A stretch of DNA of 63,902 nt, counting the filler. It is 11 parts of 11 records of this genome, joined end to end, with 100 filler letters (N's around TTAATTAATTAA, not from the genome) between each part and the next. Parts side by side here need not be neighbours in the genome. Positions count along the whole stretch, not along the records: positions 30,185 to 37,575 come from SRR7504441_11134; positions 37,676 to 42,156 come from SRR7504441_11170; positions 42,257 to 46,421 come from SRR7504441_11172; 8 more parts are not named here. One strand, given 5' to 3'. Each line of letters begins with the position of its first letter. The first letter of the stretch is position 1. Both the position numbers and the translations under genes were made by a program. Shown here one piece after another: positions 33,375 to 42,881 of this stretch. The notes below the pieces were generated by a model, which did not search any database, was not told the DNA's origin, and worked only from the letters and a program-made list of their open reading frames with translations.

Positions 33375-34168
33375 AGAGCGCCCATCTTCAGAGCAGCAAT
33401 CCTAGCGAGTGACATGACCGTTGCCGTTGCCGTGACGATGTGACATGACACACTCGTCTAACATCGCTAACACGTTCTGGAAATGCAGCGGCAGGCCCCC
33501 AAGCCCGGGCACGTCCAAGACGGCCGAGAAGTAGGGCGGCTGTCCCAGGTACCGCACAGAGCAGTCCTCCTCGCCGGGACCGCGCCGAGGCCGCCGCATG
33601 ATCGCCGGCATGGTTTGAATTCGCCCCAGCCGAGGCCCGTCCTCCACAGCCGACCATTTCCAGCCGCGTTACGGCATTTCCCGCAATGAGAGCAACTTGT
33701 TACGTCAGTCTCACACCGAAAGTCCGTTAAGTCCTAGAATAAATAAAAGACGCGGGTGCTGCGGTGATGGACGCTGTCCTGATGGACGGCAGTCCTCACC
33801 GGAGAACCGGCACTCGTCCGGGTACCCGGTCGCCGACGTGAACTGTGCTTGGTTGCCGAACACCTGACTGACAAAAGCACGCGGCATGCCACCTTCGTTG
33901 GGCAGCCCGTCGGATGCATCGTAATTACGACCGTAATGACAGGCTTGACATGTTCCATAGGGTTGTAGGGTCCCCTCTAGATCTCTGGTCTGTCGAGTAC
34001 ATGTAGCCACCGCCAGGCTCGCGCGTAATTAAGAATTTCACGAGTTGGCGGTGCCCGAGGTGCCGGGTGTGCCGGGTCGGTTGTTACAAAATCATTCATC
34101 GTATTCACTATAATTATACGAGTACGAGTACGTACACGTACGTGCGAATATACTCGTACATAATTGAA

Positions 34169-35095
34169 TCAATCACCGACGGCCGCTCTATGCCTCGCAC
34201 CTTGCACGTGCATTTCCCATGATTTTGCACTATTACACATCACTTTGCAGGCGCTGCAGAATTGCTGCCCAGGCGCTTCGGCATCGGCGCCATCGGCGCG
34301 CTTTGCCTTCTTATCCCTCCTAAGCCTCTCCCTCTCTTGCTGCCTGTTCCGCTTCTTGATGGCCCTTACCCGCTTGCTGTGGGCACCGCCGGCCATGTGC
34401 TTGCGGAGGTCGATCTCAGTGGTGAACACCATGTCGCAAACCCCGCACACCAGACAGCTCTCCTCGCGCTCCTCCTTGTACCACGCCGGCAGCTCGCAAG
34501 CCCGCTCCGGTGCCTGCCCCGCCCTCACGCCCCGGGCCAGACCCGGCCGCACCTCACGCCTGAACCGCCAAGTGGCCGCGTGGTCCAACTGCACCTTCTC
34601 GCTCCGGCTGTCCTTGACCGTCCTCCGGTGGGTGTGCTGGCACTTGAAACGTCGCACCGCGTGCAGATGGAGCCCCGCCCCCTCCGCCAGCTGCTCGAGC
34701 CCCCACACCGCGTACCGGGCAGTGGTCTTCAGGCTGACCTCCACCGCCCCGCCGGCCGCCAGCACCCCTTGGCACGACGACAGAAACCCTCGCACCAGCG
34801 ACCGGTTGCTGGCGAGCGCCTTGGAGCCCTTCTGCCCAGTGTGCGGGAAGTTGAAAACAATCAGATCAAACTGCTCGCCCGCAGCAAACCGCTCCGGCAG
34901 CGCCGTGGCGTCCACCCCGAAAAGCACCGCCGCCCCGCCGGCCCGGAGCGCCTCCAGGTGCCGGGCGGCCTCCTGCCCGTACTTGGCCACTGCGCTCACC
35001 TCCGTGTCGTAAGCCGTGGCAGTCAGCTCCAGCCCCCGACCGAGCAGCCCGGCCGAGAACGAGAAGTCGCCGTCGCCCACCGTGAGCGTCCGCAT
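34169..35095 (-). CDS. BMT5-like (DUF2431) rRNA uridine-N3 methyltransferase domain plus two matrin/U1-type C2H2 zinc fingers; intronless
   Basis: LTVGDGDFSFS...ATAYD...FGVDAT...FDLIVFNFPHTG; CGVC...HMAGGAH and CSAC...HVQGARH. Confidence 0.87.
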   Translation of the reverse strand: MRTLTVGDGDFSFSAGLLGRGLELTATAYDTEVSAVAKYGQEAARHLEALRAGGAAVLFGVDATALPERFAAGEQFDLIVFNFPHTGQKGSKALASNRSLVRGFLSSCQGVLAAGGAVEVSLKTTARYAVWGLEQLAEGAGLHLHAVRRFKCQHTHRRTVKDSRSEKVQLDHAATWRFRREVRPGLARGVRAGQAPERACELPAWYKEEREESCLVCGVCDMVFTTEIDLRKHMAGGAHSKRVRAIKKRNRQQERERLRRDKKAKRADGADAEAPGQQFCSACKVMCNSAKSWEMHVQGARHRAAVGD

Positions 35096-35203
35096 CGGCG
35101 CCGCACGGGCGCACTGGCAATCAAGCAAGCGGCACCAGTGAGCCAGCTTGGCTCTGTTCGTCCGTTATCAGGACCGTTATCCGCGGGAAGGGGCCACAGG
35201 GCG

Positions 35204-37356
35204 ATGGCGCTCACGACGGCGGAGTTCTGGCTGGCGGTGGTCGGGACGATCATCGGGGCGATCGCGGGGCTCGGCGTGCTCTGGGTGCTGCTCGGTCGGG
35301 CGCGGGCCACTCGGGACGACTTGATCACGGCAGACGTGCCGCAGCCGGCCGGACAGCCGCGGTCAGCGCTGGGGGTCTCATGCCCATGGTCAACCACCAA
35401 GCTGCTGATGATCTCGCTGGTAGTGCTCAACATGGGGCTGTGCCTGGGGATCACCGACACGGCGCTTGGGCTGTACGACCACTGGGAGTGGGAGGGACTG
35501 CACGTGGCCAGTTTCCTGCACTGGATCGCGCTGGCGGTGATGATCGTTTGCTACATCACTTTCAACTGCATCGATCCGGGGGCGGTGGAGGAGCCGGACC
35601 GGTCCGGCTTGCCGGCTTTCTGCCGCTGCCAGTACTGCGACCGCTGGTACAAGGGGGAGCTGAGGAAGCACTGCTTCGAGTGCAACAAGTGCGTGGTCGG
35701 GTTCGATCACCACTGTCAGTACCTCAACCAGTGCGTCGGGTCCAAGAATTACGTGAGCCGCACCCCGGGCCCGGCCGAGCGGGCGGCAGGCCCCGTGGTA
35801 CGGGATGCTCGCTGCGCTTTGCATCTCGTGCTGGATACAGTTCGGGATTAACTGTTACGCTGCCGACCGCGCCAGACTGGTCCGCACCCAGCTAGCTAGC
35901 GCGTGAGCGAGTGGTCTGCAGGGCCAGTTGGAGTACAACTTCAGGAGCGGCGTGTTCGAGTTGTCAGTCTCGGTGGCGCTGCTGATGGAGTTTGTGCTCG
36001 GAGTCTTCTCACTAGGTGCGATGCGGTGCAATCACACCCAACTCGGGGCTCAGATCTGGTGGTCTTCCACACCCGGATCATCCTGCTCCATTCCGAGGTG
36101 AACCCCATGAGCACGCTCATCTGGCTCGGGCTCGCCCGCAAGTACCCCGAGATCGGGTTCAACCGAGCGCTCCGGAGGGTGCTCCCCCTTCCAGCAGCAC
36201 CAGACAGGCGGCAGGTGCTCGGCCGATGGCTCTGGTTCCAGCAGGGACAGTCCGGGGCGCTGGTGGCCTACGCCGGTGTGTCCGTTGGGGTGTCCGTTGG
36301 CGAGGTTGGGTTTAGGTTTGCTGTCCAACTACCACATGGAGGTGCGAGAGGTGGACAGCGGCGTGAGCTCGAGTGGCCAAGCCTGTTGCAAGAACGCCCA
36401 GTCTGTATTCACAACAGGCACGCTCCGGGCCGACGGCCGGGCCAAGGAGGTCGCGAGCAGCAAGTGCTGCGGAGGGTGTGGCCAGCTGCAGGTAGGGCGG
36501 AGCTGGGCTAGGTGCTGTGGAGGCTGGTGTACCGAGTTTGCTCGGGCCAACTTCATGCTGGTCTCACTCTCGGATTCGGACCCGGACCGAGATCTCAAGG
36601 AGGAGGCCGAGGTGGACATGGTAGAGCTGTTCGAGATGGTGGATGCAAACAACGACAGGCACATCGACGCAGCCGAACTTCGGTCCGCGATCGCGCACCT
36701 CGGGCTGAGTGCGGAGCCATACATGGAGCACTTGCCGGCACAGCAACAGCTCTCTCTCGAAGCGCTCCAGGCAGTACGTGCCGCGGGTGCGGCTGAGCCG
36801 GGGGCAGGAAGCTGAACTGCATAGGGAAAGCTCTCACCCTGCCTCCGAGCAAGTGAAGGCGGCCGGGTCGATGTTTGATCGTATCGCCACCGACCAGCAT
36901 CTGGAGCTGAGCCACCTAGTCCAGCTCGAGCAGGTCGTGCCGGCTGGTCTGGAGGCTGACAGAGTGGTTTAGGAGTTTATCCGGCTGAGTGGGATAGACG
37001 AGAGACCGGATGTGACTCCGGCCGAGCTGCTCGCCTGGGCTGACAAAGACGGCGACGGCAAGCTCTGCAAGAGTGAGTTCCTCGAAGCCGTGCTCGGACA
37101 GCAGCTGCTCATTCGTAGCTCAGCAAAACCGGCAATTAGCCAGGCGCTCGCAGTAGAGATGGTTGGAGTGCCGCAAGAGGCGCCCAAGGAGCCGACGGCA
37201 GCTGCGGTGCCGACAACGACCGAGGAAGCGGAGACGGCAGCTGAGGTGCCAACAGCGGCAGCCGAGGAACTGGAGACGGTAGCTGAGGTGCCAACAGCGG
37301 CGGCGGAGCCTGTCGAGCTTGCCGATGTGCAAGCGGCCATCGAAGCCCAGCTCTAG
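35204..37356 (+). CDS. DHHC palmitoyl acyltransferase with C-terminal EF-hands; ~8 introns
   Basis: KHCFECNKCVVGFDHHCQYLNQCVGSKNY plus TM helices; EF loops DANNDRHIDAAE and DKDGDGKLCKSE; VPTAAAE repeats at the end. Confidence 0.8.
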
Positions 37357-37675
37357 TGCAGTCTGCTGGCGAGTTATTATGTGGATGAACGCGGTCCCTT
37401 ACATGACACATTGCATCTAGGTCTGTTGTACTGGTAATACATTGAGAATTCCCTTCGAATCGAACCGTGGACCCTAGAGCTCCGCACTCTGTTAGCATGT
37501 CTGTTAGCACTCTGTAGGGCGTTCATGTATACATTCATCTGAATTTGGAGAAATCAGCCAGTAGACTACCGCCAGNNNNNNNNNNNNNNNNNNNNNNNNN
37601 NNNNNNNNNNNNNNNNNNNTTAATTAATTAANNNNNNNNNNNNNNNNNNNNNNNNNNNNNNNNNNNNNNNNNNNN

Positions 37676-38261
37676 CCTCAGCCTCAGCCTCAGCCTCTGC
37701 CTCCTCAGCCTCCGCCTCCTCCTTCCCCGCTGGTGCCTCAGCACCTCCTGGCTTATCCGCCTCCGCTGGTGCCTCAACCTCTGCATCCTCCACCTCCGCT
37801 GGCGCCTCCGCTGGTGCCTTGGCCTGTGATGGCGCCTCCACCTCGGCTGCCTCCTCGACCTCCGCTGGCTTATCCGCATCCGCTGGTGCCTCAGCCTCCT
37901 CCACCCCCGCTGGTGCCTCAGCCCCTCCTGGCGCCTCTTCCGCCGTTTCGTCTACCTCAGCTGGTGCCTCAGTCTGGACCGCTCCCGATACTGGGCTTTC
38001 AGCCTCCGCCTCCTCCAGGGCCTCCTTGAAAGCTCCCACCGCCGCAACCTCGTCCCCTCCTGGCTCCATCTGCAGGGGGACCGATTCGATTCCGTTGGGG
38101 AGTGGATTGGTCAGCGGCGACTGCCTGGTCGGGCGTCGATGGGCGGGTCGCAGCATGCTGCCTACACGGTGGGAGTGCTCACTGCTGTGGTGCGCGGCCG
38201 GGCTGCCGGGCTGAACGGGCGTGCAGGGTGGGTTGGCCGGCTTTATGAAGCGCGGGTCCAA
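37676..38261 (-). CDS. A/E/P-rich repetitive protein fragment (5' structure unresolved, 3' truncated)
   Basis: Repeated AEAPAEVE / ADKP units running into the contig edge. Confidence 0.5.
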
Positions 38262-38651
38262 GGCCTCGCTGGCTGCTGGACTCGGGGTCGGCGGCCTGAT
38301 GCTCTACTCCGGACACCTCATCGGCAAAGACGACTTCCAGGCCGTATGCCCCCCACGGCTCTGTTGAATAGGCGCTGTCAGGGACATGCGCTGGCCTGCG
38401 GGACCTCAGCAGTGCTGGCGGGGGCGATGGCGCCGAGGGCTCTCAAGAGCCGAAGGTTCTTTCCCGCCGGTGCGGTCGCCAGCATGGGTGCCTGCTCGGC
38501 AATCTACCAGGGAATGAAGGCTTATCAGTGGAAGTAGAGCACACGCACCTCTCTCGTCGGGGTGCTCGGTACAATATTAGATAACCGATTAGGCTCTACT
38601 TAGTACGAGTACGTACAACCTTATCCACATCGATTAGTATTTATTGACTGC

Positions 38652-39848
38652 TCACGGACCGGGGTGCGCTTCTGTCTTCTGCTTTTTGGGCGGGGCCTGC
38701 CTCCCGATGGCATTGGCCATGATCTCTTCCATCAAACCCTTGTCCACCGAGACCGCGTGGTCCACGCTAGTGCCAATCGATGTGAGCATGGTGCACTTGA
38801 TGGCGTTGCCCACGTTCTTCTTGTCCACCGCCATCTTTTTCATTAGCGGCTCCAGCTCCAGCCCGGCCGGCATCTCGACTGGCAGCTGGTATGCCCTGAG
38901 GCATTCAGTGATCAGCCCCACCTGCTCGCGTGAGATCTTGCCCATCCGGCAGGCCAGCTCGGCCTCCACCACTGCCCCGATGGCCACGCACTCGCCGTGC
39001 AGCAGCTCTGGGCTCTTAAGCGCCTCCACCGTGTGCCCGACTGTGTGCCCAAAGTTGAGGATTGCCCGGAGCCCGCGCTCATGTGGGTCGATCGCCACCA
39101 CCTCGGCCTTGTGCCGCACCGACAGCTCGATCACCTGCTCGATGTACGGGCTCTCCAGCCGGCCGATCTCAACCGGATGCTTCTGCATCAGCTCGAACAG
39201 CTCGCGGTCGCGGATGCAGCCCATCTTGACTGACTCTGCCAGCCCCTCGGCCACCTCGCGCGGCCCGAGCGACCGGATCAGATCCATGTCCGCGAACACG
39301 AACTTTGGCTGGTGGAAGGCGCCCACCAGGTTCTTACCGGCCGGCACGTTGATCGCGGTCTTGCCCCCGACCGACGAATCGACCATCGCCATCACCGAGG
39401 TCGGGATCTGGACCACCGGCACCCCGCGCATGTAGGTCGCCGCACAGTACCCCGCCAGGTCGCCCACCACCCCGCCGCCCAGCGCGAGCACCACGGTGTC
39501 CCGCTTGCACCGGCAGGCGAGCATCGCGTCCTCGATCTTTGCCTTCATCGCCCGGCACTTGGAGCCCTCGCCCGCCGGCACCGTCACGTGCATCACGCGC
39601 TTCTCGGCCCCGGGGGTCTCGGCGTCCGCGCAGCCGGCCTGCTTTAGGGCCTGGATCAGGGCGTCGCCATACAATCCGAACACAGTCTCGTCGCTCACCA
39701 CCACGTACATGCTCGCGCTGCCGATCAGGCCGGGCTGGCTGATCAGAAACTGCGGTATCTGCTCGAGCAGTCCCCGCCCAATGTGCACCACGCTGTCCCC
39801 GATCACCTGGATGGCCCGGGTACCCGAAGGCAGCGGAGTGGCGGCCAT
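38652..39848 (-). CDS. aroB: 3-dehydroquinate synthase, stand-alone; intronless
   Basis: GEGSK...RDTVVLALGGGVVGDLAGYCAATYMRG...DSSVGGKT...KNLVGAFHQP...LNFGHTVGHTVE...LLHGECVAIG...DKKN. Confidence 0.95.
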   Translation of the reverse strand: MAATPLPSGTRAIQVIGDSVVHIGRGLLEQIPQFLISQPGLIGSASMYVVVSDETVFGLYGDALIQALKQAGCADAETPGAEKRVMHVTVPAGEGSKCRAMKAKIEDAMLACRCKRDTVVLALGGGVVGDLAGYCAATYMRGVPVVQIPTSVMAMVDSSVGGKTAINVPAGKNLVGAFHQPKFVFADMDLIRSLGPREVAEGLAESVKMGCIRDRELFELMQKHPVEIGRLESPYIEQVIELSVRHKAEVVAIDPHERGLRAILNFGHTVGHTVEALKSPELLHGECVAIGAVVEAELACRMGKISREQVGLITECLRAYQLPVEMPAGLELEPLMKKMAVDKKNVGNAIKCTMLTSIGTSVDHAVSVDKGLMEEIMANAIGRQAPPKKQKTEAHPGP

Positions 39849-40012
39849 GACGCTCTGCAGCTGGCCACCGCACGCTCGCGCAGCAACGGACCGCGGCGCG
39901 CCAGCTTCGAGCAGGAGGTACATACTTGCACCGCGCTAGCCAGGCCAGCGCACCCACTTCCTGCAGCCCTAGGTGCTCGGCGAGCCAGGCTGCCTGTCTG
40001 TCTGCCCGCGCG

Positions 40013-42156
40013 ATGGGCAAGAAGGACAAGAAGCCGCCCAAGGGCCCCAACCCACTCAAGGCTAACGCAGCAGCGGCGGTGCAGCAGGACAAGGAAGCGG
40101 CCGGCCGGCAGGCGCGCGAGGCGGCCACTGGGCGTGGGAAGCGGTTCCTGCGAGCCAATGGCGGGATGGTCACCAGCCGGGGCGAAGTGACCCACGGCAA
40201 CGTGACCATGAAGGAGTGGCAGCGCACGCCCAAGCAGCTGGTCTCCGAGCTCTGCCAGAAGCAGAAGCGGCCCAAGCCCAGGTACGACCAGCGGCCGAGC
40301 AGCGCGGGCAAACACCGGGCCCGGCTGGTGCTCCGGGACCCGAAGAAGTCCGAGAACGACATGATCTTCGAGTTGGCCGGCGAGTACGACTCGGCGGAGG
40401 AGGCCCAGCACTACGCGGCGCTGCTGGCGCTGCAGCACATCGACGGCCGGCTACCGCTCGAACGGAAGCTGCCGGACCCGTACCGAGAGGCCTGGCTCCA
40501 GATGAAGGCCGGGGGCGACGACACCCCGGCAGTGCGGGCCAACCACTTTGTGACCCAGACGGAACGGCGGACCGAGCAGGAGAAGCAGCAAAAGATCAAG
40601 AAGGACAAGGTCAAGAAGCATCAGGCCGCGATCCAGGCGCTCCCGGCAGTTCACATGAGCGGGGCGCACAGAGCGCGCATCAGCTCGGCGCTGGCTGACC
40701 AGCCGGCTGGGTCAGCAGAGGGTGCGCCGGCCGAGAGCGGGCTGCTTGCGGGCTCGCTGCACAAGCAAGGGTTTGGTGACCAGTGGGTAGCCAAGGCTGT
40801 GGCCGCGGTGGGCGAGCATGGCAGCCTGTCGGATGGGCTTGAGTGAGCTCCGGGCTGTGCCGGCTGAGCAGGCCGCAGGTGGCTGCTGCTGCACGTGCCG
40901 GAGCCCGAGCTGCCAGCCGGCCTGGCGCCAAACAAGGCAGCCCCGTGCCTGGCTTGGGCTGACTGGGTACGGGCAGCCGATCGAGCCTTCAGCCAGGACC
41001 AGCTATGGGCTAGACGAGCTGCTTGCAGGCTCGCTGGCCGATCTGATAGCCGCAGCAGGGTTTGAGAGCCCGGAGTCGGCGGGGCTGGCAGGAGTGGCTC
41101 AGCTGCTCCAGATCCGCTCCGACCAGCTGCAGCCTCGGACTGAGTGTGTGGCCGGCGAGTCATGGGAAGAGGACGAGTCAGATTGCTGGGCCGAGCAGAT
41201 GGAACTGCTCCAGTGCATGTTCCCAGTCGAAGGGTCTGAAGGCGCCTGGCAGCCACAACCCGACACTGCTCTGGTTGGGCTTCAGCTGCCCTGGCTGGCC
41301 GGCGCTTCGGCTTATCTGGCCCTGCTTGTTCCAGCCGGCTTCCCTGACCAACCACTACTCCCTCTGGTGCACCACCCAAAGCTCCGCAGCTCAGCCTGCC
41401 GTGCACTCTCTATTGCCATGGCAGCCCAATCGCAGGAGATGGCACAAGCAGCCAATCCTGCTTCAGGATTCGACTTGGTGGCCTGGCTTCAGTCAGACCA
41501 GGCGGCAGCCATCGCCCAGCCGGCCGCACCCAAGCCTGTCAAGCCAGTTGCACACAATAAACAGCGCACCCAGCCCAATAAACGAGCAAAGAGGAAGCGT
41601 GTTGTGCTATCAGCTGAGCAGCGGAAGGTGCTGGATCAGCAGCTGGTAGAGCTCCAGCAGCTCAGGGAGCGTAAAATGGCCAGATCGTCGATACAAATTC
41701 AGCGGGATTCCCTTCCGGCGGCCAAGCATGCAGATGAAGTGATCGAGGCGCTCGAGCTTCACCGGGTGCTGCTGGTGCAGGGGCACACCGGCTCTGGGAA
41801 GACCACTCAGGTAGCCCAGTTCATCATGGAGCACTTTGACCGAGCAGGTCGTGGTGGTCAGCTGCAGATGATCTGTACTCAGCCTAGACGAGTTGCAGCC
41901 ACGAGTGTAGCCGAGCGGGTGGCAGCTGAACGCGGTGAATCCTGTGGGCAGTCTGTGGGCTATGCTATCAGGGGTGAATCGAAGACCTGTCGTGATCCCT
42001 CCAGTCAACACTTTACGCGGCTGCTGTTTTGCACCACTGGTGTGATGCTTCGCCACCTGGCTGAGGATCCTGAGTTGCATGGAGTCTCGCATGTTTTTAT
42101 TGATGAGGTACATGAACGATCCATGGAATCTGACTTCCTCTTGGCAGCACTTAAGG
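40013..42156 (+). CDS. DHX57: DEAH-box RNA helicase, DHX57/DHX29-like (dsRBD-like, UBA-like and RWD-like N-terminus), 3' truncated; 2 introns
   Basis: EWQRTPKQL..ELCQKQK, LEWLLLHVPE, GHTGSGKTTQ, TQPRRVAATSVAERVAAER, DEVHERS. Confidence 0.85.
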
Positions 42157-42881
42157 NNNNNNNNNNNNNNNNNNNNNNNNNNNNNNNNNNNNNNNNNNNN
42201 TTAATTAATTAANNNNNNNNNNNNNNNNNNNNNNNNNNNNNNNNNNNNNNNNNNNNGGGGGGGGGGGGGGGGGGGGGGGGGCGAGGACGCACCGGTTCTT
42301 GAGTCGACAAGGCCTTGTCTGCGGAGATGGTCGACGCGGTGCTCGCGGTCGCGGTCGCGAGGATCACGAGCGAGAGCGAGAGCGAGAGCATTGTCCTGAA
42401 CGCCATGCTCAAGAGTGCGGTTGAAGGTCACGAACAACGGTAACGGCCACATCAATCGACTCAACCTTGTTGGCCTGCAGGTGACGCATGCGCGCAACTG
42501 CCTCTCGAGCTCACATGCACCTTCGACAGCAGCCCCAGTGTTGTACATCCCGTACAACTCACGTTGACGCGCCCCGATCTCTCTATCAGTTCTTACCAGA
42601 GGACCGCGGCCGGAGCTGAAATTCGGGAGGGGTCTCCGGATCCGGATCCTCGGATCCTCAAGCCGGATCGGGCGAGGGACGGCCGGGACGGCCGAAAAGT
42701 CGTGAAAAGTGCTCAAACAAAAGCTAACGTAAGTGGCAATGATTACATGTAGCTCCCAATCAGCTGCTAGAACAATAAAGACATCTTTGATTGGACTTGC
42801 TATCTACCAGTTCATACTCGTATCGGCTGTAAGTTGAGGACTTCCTCGATTCTACTCTTCTACTCAGGTGATGCTTATCGC

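Noticed and set aside
33711-34010. Short Cys-containing ORF as a transposon gene
   Set aside because: No ATG context and no transposase, RT or terminal-repeat evidence.
42257-42281. Poly-G tract as a G-quadruplex or poly-Pro coding region
   Set aside because: Lies at a contig edge and is typical of sequencing or assembly artefacts.
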